From a bacterium (GTDB lineage Bacteria; UBP6; UBA1177; JAKLFG01): DNA of 64,000 bases. How positions within the stretch are numbered: the first letter of the stretch is position 1; every line of letters begins with the position of its first letter. Positions 47,513 through 57,400 of the stretch are shown one piece after another. A program made the translations under genes and the position numbers. The DNA is taken from the NCBI GenBank assembly GCA_022711315.1, contig JAKLFG010000004.1:19309-83308 (forward strand), given 5' to 3'. The notes under the pieces were generated by a model. That model was not told where the DNA came from. It ran no database searches and saw only the letters and a program-made list of their open reading frames with translations.

Positions 47513-49051
47513 ATGACCTCAGCGCTCGCGTTCCACCTGCTCACCGCCGTCGTCGGCGTCGTCATCGCCGCCATCGTCGTCGTCTACATCAAAGGTCTGC
47601 GCGCCTCGCCGCGCGACCTGTGGCTCCTCTACGGCACCAAGGTCCTTGAATATTCTGCCTACGCGATGATCAACATGACCATCGTCCTCTACCTCACCAA
47701 GAATTTCGGCATGGGCGATGTCGCGGCGGGGACCTATTTTTCGGTATGGTCCATCCTCATCAACTTCTTCACCATCGTCATCGGGGCGGTGACCGACACC
47801 ATCGGCATCAAGCGGACGCTCCTGCTCGGGACGATCACGCTCATCATCACCCGCTTCATCCTCGCCCTTTCCGGCGATATCTACACCGCGACGGTCTTCG
47901 GCTTCATGCCGTACGCCTTCGGGCTCGCGGTGATGGCGCCGGTCATATCGGTCGGCATCAAGAAGATGACCACTAAAGAGACCGCCGCGATGGGGTTTGC
48001 GCTGTTCTACACCCTGATGAATGTCGGCTACGCCATCGGCGGCTGGCTGTGGGACAAGATACGGATCGGCGTCGTGGCATCGGGCGGGTCATGGACCGTG
48101 CCGGGGCTCGGGGCCGCGCTCGCCCCGTACGAAGCGATATTTTTCGCCGGGTTCCTGCTCACCCTGCCGAGTCTCCTGTTCCTCGCGCTCCTGCGCGACG
48201 GGGTCGAACTCGACGACAAGGAGCAGGTGGTCTTCAAGCCCCAGCCGAAACTCCCCGGCGGCATATTCACCGTGGCGAAGAACACCGCGGTCAACGCCCT
48301 GACCGGTACCGCGAAGAGCCTCAAGAGCACCTGGAGCGACACTTTCTTCTATAAATTCCTCCTCATCATCTTCATCGTCGTGTTCGTCCGGCTCGTCTTC
48401 TTCCATCTCAACAGCATGACGCTCCCGAAATACGGCCTGCGCCTGTTCGGTCCCGGGGCGAAGATCGGCGCGCTTTACGGCGTCCTCAACCCGGTGCTCG
48501 TCGTGATACTCGTGCCGCTCGTCGGCTACTTTTTCAAGAAGGTCCCCTCCTACCGGATGCTCCTCATCGGGACCACCATCTCGGCGCTCGCCTGCTTCAT
48601 CGGGGTGATGCCGGGCGACTGGTTCACGGGGCTGAACGGGACGCTCCTGTCGGGCATCGTCTTCACCGAATGGCTCGGCGTCGCGGGCGACCCGCACCCC
48701 GCCTACTGGCCGCTTCTCATATTCATCTTCGTCTTCACGATAGGCGAGGCGATCTGGTCGCCACGGCTCATGCAGTTCACCGCCGAACTGGCGCCCAAGG
48801 GGAAGGAGGGGACCTACATATCGCTCTCCATCCTCCCGTTCTTCCTCGCGAAGATGTTCGTCGGGCCGATGTCGGGCTACCTGCTCGAGACCTATGTTCC
48901 GGTCGACGCGGCGGGCAACGCGCTCGCCAGTTACCCCGACCACTACATGGTCTGGTTCTGGGTCGGGCTGACCGCCCTCGTATCGCCGATAGGGCTCTTC
49001 CTCTTCCGGGGACTCGTCACCAAACACGAGGCGGCGTCGAAGGAGGGGTAG
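47513..49051 (+). CDS. MFS transporter, POT/PTR2-like, paralogue 3
   Basis: Shares SPRDLWLLY, GMGDVAAGTYF, GAVTDTIGIKRTL and IWSPRLMQFTAELAPKGKEGTY with paralogues 1 and 2. Confidence 0.75.
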   Translation: MTSALAFHLLTAVVGVVIAAIVVVYIKGLRASPRDLWLLYGTKVLEYSAYAMINMTIVLYLTKNFGMGDVAAGTYFSVWSILINFFTIVIGAVTDTIGIKRTLLLGTITLIITRFILALSGDIYTATVFGFMPYAFGLAVMAPVISVGIKKMTTKETAAMGFALFYTLMNVGYAIGGWLWDKIRIGVVASGGSWTVPGLGAALAPYEAIFFAGFLLTLPSLLFLALLRDGVELDDKEQVVFKPQPKLPGGIFTVAKNTAVNALTGTAKSLKSTWSDTFFYKFLLIIFIVVFVRLVFFHLNSMTLPKYGLRLFGPGAKIGALYGVLNPVLVVILVPLVGYFFKKVPSYRMLLIGTTISALACFIGVMPGDWFTGLNGTLLSGIVFTEWLGVAGDPHPAYWPLLIFIFVFTIGEAIWSPRLMQFTAELAPKGKEGTYISLSILPFFLAKMFVGPMSGYLLETYVPVDAAGNALASYPDHYMVWFWVGLTALVSPIGLFLFRGLVTKHEAASKEG

Positions 49052-49063
49052 CGTTCCGGCCCG

Positions 49064-49092
49064 TTGACTTTCTTGCTGCTTTTTGATAGCTT
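49064..49092 (+). promoter_or_regulatory. candidate promoter for the FGE-domain gene
   Basis: TTGACT-N17-TAGCTT. Confidence 0.35.
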
Positions 49093-49130
49093 GAGCCGTT
49101 CATCGCACAAAAGGAGTGGGAGGAGAACAG

Positions 49131-50885
49131 ATGCGTCATGGGGTGCGTGGTGCGTGGTCGTTCTTTGTGCTGTTCATCGCCGTTCTTTGCCTGAGCGCCG
49201 CGCTTTTCGCGCAGGAAAAGAAACAGAAGATCGCCGTCATGGAATTCGCCGACAAGACGGCGAAACTCAAGAGCGATTTTCTCGGGAACGCCGCCGAATA
49301 TCTGCGGAGCGAACTGGCCGCGACCAACCGATACATCCTCATTTCGAAGGAGCGCCAACTGAAAGAGGCGGTGAAACTCGAAAAAAAGGAATCGTATAGG
49401 GAATGTTACGATAAATCGTGCCAGTTGCCGCTCGGGCAGGCGCTTTCGGCCGACACGCTGGTGACCGGCACCATCACCTATTTCGGCGGCGCTTTCGTGA
49501 TATCGCTCGAGATGATAGACCTTGCCAAGGAGGCGACCGTCAAGGCGGCGAAAGCAGAATTCGACGGCACCGAGCAGGGGATGAAGACGGCGGTCGAGGA
49601 TCTCGTCTCGCAACTGGTCTTCAACAAGAAACTCGCGGCGAAGAAGACGGCGCCCGATAAAAATAAGGCGGCGGCCGGGACCATCACCGCGGCGCAGAGC
49701 ACCGCGCTCTACGACAAGGCGCGCGACAACGAGGCGGCCGATGTCGAACGGGCGAAGGAACTCTACCGCGATATCGTACAGACCTCCGATCCCTCCGACC
49801 GCAACTATACGAAGGCGCTCGAACGGCTCGGCAACCTGCAGGATAAATCGATGTACGAAAAGGCCTGCGAGGACGGCGTCGGCTGGCCCTGCGGCAGCAT
49901 CGCCTACGATCACAGCAGCGCCCGCAACACCGGCGCGGCGTTCAAATACTTCCTCAAGGGGTGCGACCAGGAATGCGGCTGGTGCTGTTACAACGCCGCG
50001 ATGCAGATATTCAAGCGCGAGGCGGGTGTCGAACTGCGCGACGCCGTTCCCGACATGTTCGCGAAAGGCTGCGAACTCAAGGATGAGTACAGTTGCAAGA
50101 TGGGCAAGATACTCGGCGACATGGTATCGATACCGGAAGGGTGGTTCGCGATGGGCTGTGCCGCGAACGACGCGAACTGCGGAGAGGCCGAAAAACCGGC
50201 CCACAAGGTCTGGGTGAGCGCCTTCCAGATCGATGCCCGCGAGGTGACCAACGAGGAATACAACACCTGCGTCTCCTACGGCGGCTGTCAGCCGGCCCAT
50301 TACGACAACGGCACCTGTTGGGTCCACGACCAGCAGGGGAAGTGGGTGAAGGGCTACCCCGCGCAGTCGTTCCGAGTCGATTCCAAGCCGGTGGTCTGCG
50401 TCGATCGTCAGCAGGCCATCGAATACTGCGCGTGGCTGGGCAAACGGCTCCCGACCGAGGCCGAATGGGAAAAAGCGGCGCGCGCCGGCGCCGAGACGCC
50501 TTACCACTGGGGGACCGATCTGCGGCAGGCCTGCACCTTCGCCAACGGCGGCGATATCAGTTATCACGGTCGCTATCCGTGGGACACCTACTACAACGGC
50601 GAATGTTCCGACGGCGTCATGGAAACGGCTCCCGCCGGCAGTTACCAGCCCAACGCCTTCGGTCTTTACGACATGGCGGGGAATGCCGCCGAACTGGTCA
50701 TCGACTGGTTCGATTCGAAATACTACGCCGCCTCGCCGCAGAAGGATCCCCGCGGTCCGGCGCAGGGAAAACTCTGGGTGACCCGCGGCGGCTCATGGCA
50801 GGTCTACGGTCCGGGGCTTCGCTCATCGTCCCGCAGTCAGATCGACTGGCAGGCCTATCAGACCGGTTTCCGGTGCGGGAAATAA
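49131..50885 (+). CDS. secreted multidomain protein: LpoB/CsgG-like N-domain, Cys-rich Sel1-like middle, C-terminal formylglycine-generating-enzyme (SUMF1/FGE-sulfatase) domain
   Basis: GGAGGAG SD before ATG 49131. IAVMEFADKT.. N-domain. FGE motifs MVSIPEGWFAMG, GKRLPTEAEWEKAARAG, GLYDMAGNAAE, RGGSW, GFRC. Confidence 0.75.
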   Translation: MRHGVRGAWSFFVLFIAVLCLSAALFAQEKKQKIAVMEFADKTAKLKSDFLGNAAEYLRSELAATNRYILISKERQLKEAVKLEKKESYRECYDKSCQLPLGQALSADTLVTGTITYFGGAFVISLEMIDLAKEATVKAAKAEFDGTEQGMKTAVEDLVSQLVFNKKLAAKKTAPDKNKAAAGTITAAQSTALYDKARDNEAADVERAKELYRDIVQTSDPSDRNYTKALERLGNLQDKSMYEKACEDGVGWPCGSIAYDHSSARNTGAAFKYFLKGCDQECGWCCYNAAMQIFKREAGVELRDAVPDMFAKGCELKDEYSCKMGKILGDMVSIPEGWFAMGCAANDANCGEAEKPAHKVWVSAFQIDAREVTNEEYNTCVSYGGCQPAHYDNGTCWVHDQQGKWVKGYPAQSFRVDSKPVVCVDRQQAIEYCAWLGKRLPTEAEWEKAARAGAETPYHWGTDLRQACTFANGGDISYHGRYPWDTYYNGECSDGVMETAPAGSYQPNAFGLYDMAGNAAELVIDWFDSKYYAASPQKDPRGPAQGKLWVTRGGSWQVYGPGLRSSSRSQIDWQAYQTGFRCGK

Positions 50886-50898
50886 TAGGGAGAACTCC

Positions 50899-51357
50899 TT
50901 GAAAGAAAAAGATCTTTCCGACATCGGGCCACGCCTCGCGGCGCTCGCAGGGCGGCTTGCCCAGTTCGGGGCCGAGAGCCGGGAGGAGGAGGCGATGCAG
51001 GCGCACATGGTCGCGGCGCTCTACGCCTTGCGGCGCGCCTTTGCGTGGGAGACGGCGGGCGGCGGTTCGTCGGCGCCGGGCACCCCGTGCGAGGAACTGT
51101 GCCGCGTCGCGCTGGAACTGCGCGACGGCGAAACGACGGACGACGGGCCGTGGCTTGCCGAGTTCTATCTCGCCGCGGCCGAACACCGCTTGTCACTCGT
51201 CCCGCCCAAACTTAAACGGTACCGTAAAGTGGGGCCGCAGAGCGCCCCATCGGGATACCGACAGGTGAAAATGGGGACGCAGACCGGCCGCATCGATGAG
51301 ATAGCGGCGGCGATCGCGCGGCTCGAAGAGTTCCTTGACATCCTGTTGCCCGAATAG
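50899..51357 (+). CDS. hypothetical protein (TTG start; start uncertain)
   Basis: Protein-like composition compared with the Arg/Pro-rich antisense alternatives. No recognisable motif. Confidence 0.4.
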   Translation: MKEKDLSDIGPRLAALAGRLAQFGAESREEEAMQAHMVAALYALRRAFAWETAGGGSSAPGTPCEELCRVALELRDGETTDDGPWLAEFYLAAAEHRLSLVPPKLKRYRKVGPQSAPSGYRQVKMGTQTGRIDEIAAAIARLEEFLDILLPE

Positions 51358-51404
51358 GGCGGACGAAAACCCCAGTTATTTCAAAAAACAGAGAATGTTT
51401 TCGC

Positions 51405-51431
51405 TTGACTTCCCAATAAATCGGCTACAAT
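51405..51431 (+). promoter_or_regulatory. candidate promoter for the Kazal-lipoprotein gene
   Basis: TTGACT-N15-TACAAT. The spacer is short. Confidence 0.35.
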
Positions 51432-51487
51432 GGTGGTACTACAGGGCTGTCAGTGTTCGATCATAACCGATCTTCAGGAGGAGAGTC

Positions 51488-52486
51488 ATGAGAGTCATCG
51501 CCATCACCGCCGCCGTGCTGTTCATCATCGCCTGCGGCGACGAAACCAAACCGGCGCCCGACACCGGAAAGACGCCCGCCCAGACCCTGTTCGATGTCTA
51601 TAAGGACTATACGGAGAACGGCGAGTCGACCCCCGAGGGGAACCCGAACGACCCGTCGACCGGCATGCCGTGCGACGATAAGAACGGCGTGGACACCAAC
51701 GGCGACGGCGTGGTGACCAACTGCGACAACAACACCGTTCCCGGCGACCCCGGCCAGCCCGACGGCGGCTACGGCGTGATGCCGCTCTGTCCCGAGATCA
51801 TCGGGCTCAACTTCGATACCTGCCGTCCCGAGATGGGCCGCCCGCTCTTCATCATCGACTTCGGCCGCGCCTGCGTGCTCGGTATGAAGTGCGAATACAA
51901 CGGTACCGAACCGGCCTGCCCGATGGTGTGGGCGCCCGTCTGCGGCGTTGACGGCTGGACCTACGACAACGACTGTTTTGCGAAACTTTCGGGCGTCGAG
52001 ATCGCCTACGAGGGTGAGTGCTGGGGCGGCCCCAACGGGCCCGAATGCCCCGACCTCGCCTATCCGCCCGAGGATTTCTGCCCGAACGGCAAGATCATCC
52101 CGATCTATGACAAGGAACTCGGCTGTCAGGTCGCGTGGGATTGCAACAATGAGAATAACCCGATGTACTGCAAGGCCGACAGCGACTGCGATGCGGGCAT
52201 GCTCTGTGTGAATGGGATATGCGCCTACGCGGAGCCCGATTGTCCGGTCGGCATGCCGAACCCCGAGGATTACTGCGCCGACGGGAGCAAGATGGTGCCG
52301 ATATACGATGAGAAGGGGTGTGTGGTGGATTGGTACTGCGAAGGCGGCACCGATCCGAACGACCCGACCGACCCCGGCTGTCCCGCCATCGACATGAAGA
52401 TGCCCGACTGCGGCGATAACCTCAAGCCCGAACCGCTCTACGATGCGGCCGGCTGTCAGACCGGCTGGGCCTGCCCGCTCCTCTGA
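51488..52486 (+). CDS. Cys-rich lipoprotein with Kazal-type inhibitor domain and three copies of a CP..C..P(I/L)YD..GC..W.C module
   Basis: AGGAGGAG SD. Lipobox FIIA-C. Kazal core CPMVWAPVCGVDGWTYDNDCFAKLSGVEIAYEGEC (51890-52021). Repeats at 52046-52144, 52241-52339 and 52379-52474. Confidence 0.75.
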   Translation: MRVIAITAAVLFIIACGDETKPAPDTGKTPAQTLFDVYKDYTENGESTPEGNPNDPSTGMPCDDKNGVDTNGDGVVTNCDNNTVPGDPGQPDGGYGVMPLCPEIIGLNFDTCRPEMGRPLFIIDFGRACVLGMKCEYNGTEPACPMVWAPVCGVDGWTYDNDCFAKLSGVEIAYEGECWGGPNGPECPDLAYPPEDFCPNGKIIPIYDKELGCQVAWDCNNENNPMYCKADSDCDAGMLCVNGICAYAEPDCPVGMPNPEDYCADGSKMVPIYDEKGCVVDWYCEGGTDPNDPTDPGCPAIDMKMPDCGDNLKPEPLYDAAGCQTGWACPLL

Positions 52487-52498
52487 GAATATCCCCCG

Positions 52499-52915
52499 AT
52501 GAAACATCACCGCAAGGAACTGTCTTTCACCACGGCGACGCGACGCGCCTTCATCAACATCACCTCCGAGGTCGAACGGGCGGTCGCCGAGAGCGGCGTG
52601 AAGGAGGGGCTGGTGCTCGTCAACGCGATGCACATCACCGCGAGCGTCTTCATCAACGACGACGAGCGGGGCCTGCACCACGATTACGAGGTCTGGCTGG
52701 AGAAACTGGCGCCCGAGAAACCGCATGCCCAGTACCGGCACAACGGCGCCGAGGACAACGGCGACGCGCATCTCAAACGGCAGGTGATGGGGCGCGAGGT
52801 GGTGGTGGCCATCACCGGCGGCAAACTCGATTTCGGGCCGTGGGAACAGATATTCTACGGTGAATTCGACGGGATGCGTCGCAAGCGGGTCCTCGTCAAG
52901 ATCATCGGCGACTAG
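52499..52915 (+). CDS. yjbQ: YjbQ/UPF0047 family protein (secondary thiamine-phosphate synthase-like)
   Basis: [61 protein letters not shown] are hallmarks of UPF0047. Confidence 0.8.
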   Translation: MKHHRKELSFTTATRRAFINITSEVERAVAESGVKEGLVLVNAMHITASVFINDDERGLHHDYEVWLEKLAPEKPHAQYRHNGAEDNGDAHLKRQVMGREVVVAITGGKLDFGPWEQIFYGEFDGMRRKRVLVKIIGD

Positions 52916-52941
52916 CGGCCGGAGATCTCATTTTAAAAACA

Positions 52942-53018
52942 TGGCGCGCCCGACAGGACTCGAACCTGTAACCCCTTGGTTCGAAGCCAAGTGCTCTATC
53001 CAATTGAACTACGGGCGC
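52942..53018 (-). tRNA. tRNA-Arg (anticodon UCG), CCA encoded
   Basis: The minus strand reads GCGCCCG-TA-GTTC-AATTGGATA-GAGC-A-CTTGG-CTTCGAA-CCAAG-GGGTT-ACAGG-TTCGAGT-CCTGT-CGGGCGC-G-CCA. All four stems pair. 77 nt. A TTGACA lies about 34 nt upstream (53052-53057). Confidence 0.9.
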
Positions 53019-53070
53019 TCCGCCCCGTGATACTCATGAAAAACGGCGATTTGTCAAGCCGAAAGAAGGA

Positions 53071-54156
53071 TCAGTTCCCGTCCCAGCCGGCGATGCGGGC
53101 GAACAGCCACCATGCGGCGCGTCCTTTGAGCACGCAGTTGAGTTTCGACTGCGCGAGAGTATCGGAATGGGCGCACTCGGTGCACAGGTCGGTCAGTGTC
53201 GCGAGTTCCGAATCGGAGTTCTCGGCGAGCCATTCGACCGCCCAGTTGCCGCCCGTGTAGTCGAGATCGTCCTCCATCGCCTGATCCCAGAAGTAGTTCC
53301 CGTCGGGATCGTGCGCCTCGATGTCGGCGAAATCGAACAGTATCCGTTCGTGTTCGGCGCAGTGCTGGCGGATGAGCGTGTTGTTGTAGTGGATGCCGTT
53401 CTCGGCCATGTCCTCGCCCTGTCCTTCGGAATGTCCGGTCATGAAGACGAAGGTCACCGGATGCTCGGCCGCGCGCGGTTTGGTGCCGCCCGGGCCGTAT
53501 TCGGCGATGAGTTTCTCCATGTTATCGACATACCGCTGGGCGTTGTGGCCGTTTATCGAGCACCACGACCAAAGAATGACATTGATGTGGTAGTTGTCGG
53601 CGTTGTCAAGGAGCGTCCGGGTCTGTATCGCCCACGGCGTGTCGCCGTTCTCGTCCTCCGAATCGCCGGTTGACAGGTCGCTTGCGTCGCCCGGGATGCC
53701 GCCGTCGTCGAGGTCGAGCCCCGCCGAGCCGTTGTCGGTCCACTGGTAGGTCGTGCCGAAGGGGCCGTGAGCCATGAGCGCGTTCATTCCCGATATCAGT
53801 TGACTGCCGTGCGAGGTGTGCTGATAGGCGATGTGCAGGTCGTTCTTCACGGCGGTCACCCATTCCGAGGGGATCCCGGCCAGATCGGTCGAGGTGTGAT
53901 CTATCACCATGCCGCCGCTTGCCACCGGTGCGTCGCCGTCCGGTGTTTCGGTATCGGTCACCGTTTCGTCGGTGACTGCCGTGTCGGTGACAGCCGTGTC
54001 GGTGACGTCGGTGTCGGTGACCGTGGTGTCGGTCACGGTCGTGTCGGTCGTGTTCTCATCGTTCACCGGCGCAGTGTCGGTGTCGCTCGTTTTGGTGCCG
54101 GCGCATGCCGTCAGGACGATCAGCATCGCCGCAAAAAGGACCACATGGTGCCGCAT
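53071..54156 (-). CDS. secreted lipoprotein with (T/A)VTDT tandem repeats and about 290-aa C-terminal domain of unknown function
   Basis: GGGAGGAG SD before ATG 54156, which I prefer over 54174. Lipobox VLTA-C. The repeat linker is followed by a globular domain (IAYQHTSHGSQ, VILWSWCSINGHN, FVFMTGHSEG). Confidence 0.65.
   Translation of the reverse strand: MRHHVVLFAAMLIVLTACAGTKTSDTDTAPVNDENTTDTTVTDTTVTDTDVTDTAVTDTAVTDETVTDTETPDGDAPVASGGMVIDHTSTDLAGIPSEWVTAVKNDLHIAYQHTSHGSQLISGMNALMAHGPFGTTYQWTDNGSAGLDLDDGGIPGDASDLSTGDSEDENGDTPWAIQTRTLLDNADNYHINVILWSWCSINGHNAQRYVDNMEKLIAEYGPGGTKPRAAEHPVTFVFMTGHSEGQGEDMAENGIHYNNTLIRQHCAEHERILFDFADIEAHDPDGNYFWDQAMEDDLDYTGGNWAVEWLAENSDSELATLTDLCTECAHSDTLAQSKLNCVLKGRAAWWLFARIAGWDGN
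53944..54051 (-). repeat. about 7 tandem copies of a 15-nt coding repeat (plus-strand unit GTGTCGGTGACnnnn) encoding xVTDT
   Basis: Read directly: gtgtcggtgacagcc gtgtcggtgacgtcg gtgtcggtgaccgtg gtgtcggtcacggtc gtgtcggtcgtgttc, plus degenerate flanking copies. Confidence 0.85.
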
Positions 54157-54193
54157 GTTCTTCTCCTCCCTCATGTTTATAGACAGCGCAGGA

Positions 54194-54427
54194 CTACTGG
54201 GTCGAGTCCTCTATCGCCTTTCGTTGCGCGTCCTCGCTTTTTTTCAGCATCCCCTCGACGCGCTCTTTGGCCATCTGCGGATCGGTGATCGGGCCGCCTT
54301 CGACCGCCGCCTTCCTCGAGGCGTCCTTCAGCGGGTCCTTCGACATGCCGGGCCACGAACCGGTGATATAGTAGTAGGTCATGGCCGCCGCGAGCAGAAG
54401 CGCGATGAGCGCCGCGATGAATCTCAT
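54194..54427 (-). CDS. small N-terminally membrane-anchored protein coupled to the GH13 gene
   Basis: ATGA overlap with the upstream stop. TM segment FIAALIALLLAAAMTYYYI. Confidence 0.5.
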   Translation of the reverse strand: MRFIAALIALLLAAAMTYYYITGSWPGMSKDPLKDASRKAAVEGGPITDPQMAKERVEGMLKKSEDAQRKAIEDSTQ

Positions 54428-57400
54428 GGCTTTTTCCCCTTGACGGTGGGCTTTTTCGTTTTTGCGGCGGCGGGTTTGTCCGCCTTAGCTTTAGCGGCGG
54501 CGGGCTTCTTTTTCTTTACCGGTCGTTCGACCTCGGCGTAGCGGACGGGGATCGGTTCGCCGATGACGCAGAACATCTCCTCTTCCTGTTCCTTTCGGCC
54601 CTTTGTCACAGGAGCCTTGACGGGATCTTTTAACACTTCCAGCAACTTATCCACGCGGTACTCCGAAAGCGGCATCGCGTCGAGGAGTTTCCGCGCCAGC
54701 GTCGTGCGGGTCGCGAGTTCCTTCTTCTTTTTCGCCGGAGGCAGGTCGCTCCGGAGGATATCGAGCACCGCCATCACGAACAGGCCGTTCACGAAATGTT
54801 CGAACGCCTCCTTGTTGAAGTAGCGGACCCCTTTGTATTCGTTCATCTGCAGGATGCGGTGCATGTTCTCATCGGCGAAGACATCCTTCATCATCGCGTG
54901 GCAGAGGTCGTCCTGCGGGTATTGGCGCCACCAGTTCTGGTAGTAGACAAAGGCGCGGATGTGCCGCTGTTCCATCTCGGCGTGCCGTTCGCCGCGGCCC
55001 ATCTCGCGGAAGAGCGTCAGGAAGACCTCTTCCAAGAGGTATTTCCGCAGTATCCCGTTCGAGGTCGGGCCGTCGTTCTTTTCCTGCGTTATCTGCGACA
55101 GTCGCGCCGTGAGTGTCCAGCCGAACATCATGAGGAGCGCCGACACATCATCGCCGACAACGGCGGTCAGCCACTCCTGCGCCGGCGGGTGGAGCGGTGC
55201 GAGATCGACGGTCGGCAGTTCGATGAAGGCGGCCAGATCGTGGGCGAACAACCCCGCGAGTATGTCGACATCGCCCGTGCCGCCGTGGAGGAACCGCAAT
55301 TCGTCGAGGAAGGAGCGATGGTGGACGGTGAGTTGCAAAAGCAGTTTCCGGGTCGTCGCCTTCATCTTCACCGGTCCCTTGGCGGCGCGCGCCGCGATGA
55401 GCGCCTTGAAGGTCGCCGGGTTCGCGAGCCGGCGGAAGGCGGCATGGAGCGGCGCCACGGTGAGCATCGTGAGCGCCCGGCGGATGTCGGGGACCCCGGC
55501 GCCGTCGAGCGTGTCGTGGAGTTCCCCCCACGGCTCGGCGGCCGTTTCGATCACTTCGCGCAGGTCGAGGAAGGCCTGATATTTGTAGGCGCCGAGCGTG
55601 ACGAAAAGTCCCTTCTCGGCCAGATCGTCCACCCGGCGGATGAATTCAAGACCGGTGATATGGTCTCGCAACAGCAGGTAGCGGCCCGCACCGGGCGTGA
55701 GCCCGAGCCCCTCGACGAGCGTTCGCTGGACCACCTGCCCGCTTCCCTTGTCGAGGAACCCGACCGAGGTCCGTATCCAGCCCGAGGTCTCGGAGAACTT
55801 GTTGTTGAACAGGATGAGCGCCCGCTCGTCGTCCCGGCGGTTCGAGTAGGCGTAGACATGCTCGTTGACCCGTCCGTTATGGAGGAAAAAGTCATAGAGG
55901 TAAAAATTCTCGACCCCGGCGAACAGATACCGCTTGCGGAGGAGCGGAAAAAGTTCCCGTTCATGCCGTTGGACGAGTTGGTGATCGACCGACTCGTTCC
56001 AGTAGGCCTTGCGGTACTCCATGCCGTACTTTTCGGTGAAACCCTCCACCTGCCCGTGGCCGAACATCGGCAGGCCGGGCATGGTGGCCATGAGGAGGGA
56101 GACGCCGAAATATTTGTCATCCTTGCCGAATTGTTCGACCGCCGTCTTCTCGTCGGGGTTGTTGAGGAAGTTGACGAACCGCTGGAGGATGTGCGGATCG
56201 AACTCGAGCACATTGCGGATCGAGAGGCGGTACTGATCGTTCTCCTCTTTTTTCAGGAAGTTCATGAAGGCGCTGTTGTAGACGCGATGCATCCCGAGCG
56301 TCCGGACGAAATAGCCCTCCATGAGCCAGAACGCCTCGGCGAGCAGGAGGGTGTCGGGCAGTTCCGCCTGCACCCGGTCCACCACCTCGCGCCAGAATTC
56401 GTTCGGTATCTTCTCGTTGAACTGGTCGCGGGTCAGGGCGTATTCGACGCGCGAAGGGATGTCGCCGCCGGTCCCCGGCTCGGGGAACCAGAGCCGCTGG
56501 TAGTGCCGTTTGGCGAGCGTCATCGCGGCGTCGAACCGTATCACCGGGAACTGCCGCGCCACATGGAGGATGGTCTGTATCACCGCCTCGCGGACATCGG
56601 CGCGGGTGTAGTCGAGTTGCGCGGTGTCGTTCCACGGGTAACTGGTGCCGTCGTTGCCATGATAGATGTAGCGGACATCGTTGTAGCGGAAGTCGACCCG
56701 CTTGAAGGTGACCGCCGCGTCGGTCTTGTCGTAGTAGCGGTCCTCGATGTAGATGCCGATATGCTCCTCGGTCGAGAGGTTCGGTCCGTTGTAGGTGTAC
56801 GAGGGGAAGGGTGGTTCCTTCGCCTGCAGGAACCAGTCGGGGTGGTGGTGGACCCAGCGCGAATCTATCGCCATGTGGTTGGGCACCATGTCGGAGGCGA
56901 GCCGGATGCCGTACTTCCCGGCCCGGTCGCGCAGGGTCGCGAGCGCCGCTTCGCCGCCCAGTTCCTGCGCTATCGTGTAGTCGTAGAGCGAATAGGCCGA
57001 CGCGGCCGCTTCGGGATTCCCCATGATCTGCTTTATCGTGCGGCTCGCGGTCGACCGTTCCCAGACGCCGATGAGCCACAGGCCGGTAAAGCCCCAGCGG
57101 GCCAGTTTTTTCAGTTCGTCCTCGGGGATGTCATCAAGCCGGGTGAGATGCCGGCCGTACTGGCGGGACAACTGGTCGAGCCAGACCAAGGCGCTCTTGG
57201 CGCTCATCACGAGGTTTGGCATCCAGACGCGGTCGGGCGAGAAGGCCTCGTACTCATGGTCGCGCCACTGGCCGGGGAGATACCCGCCGCGCAGCGATTC
57301 GCCGGTGATCACCTCGCCGCGGGCCTCGAACGGGAAGTAGGGCTTCTCCTCCTCGCGCAGGAGATCGCCGCCGGAGAGGACCTTCAGAAAATGGTCGCCG

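Noticed and set aside
52942-54174. tRNA-Arg as an attachment site for an integrated element
   Set aside because: No integrase, excisionase or direct repeat of the tRNA 3' end was seen on either side. The flanking genes are ordinary (yjbQ and a lipoprotein in the GH13 transcription direction).
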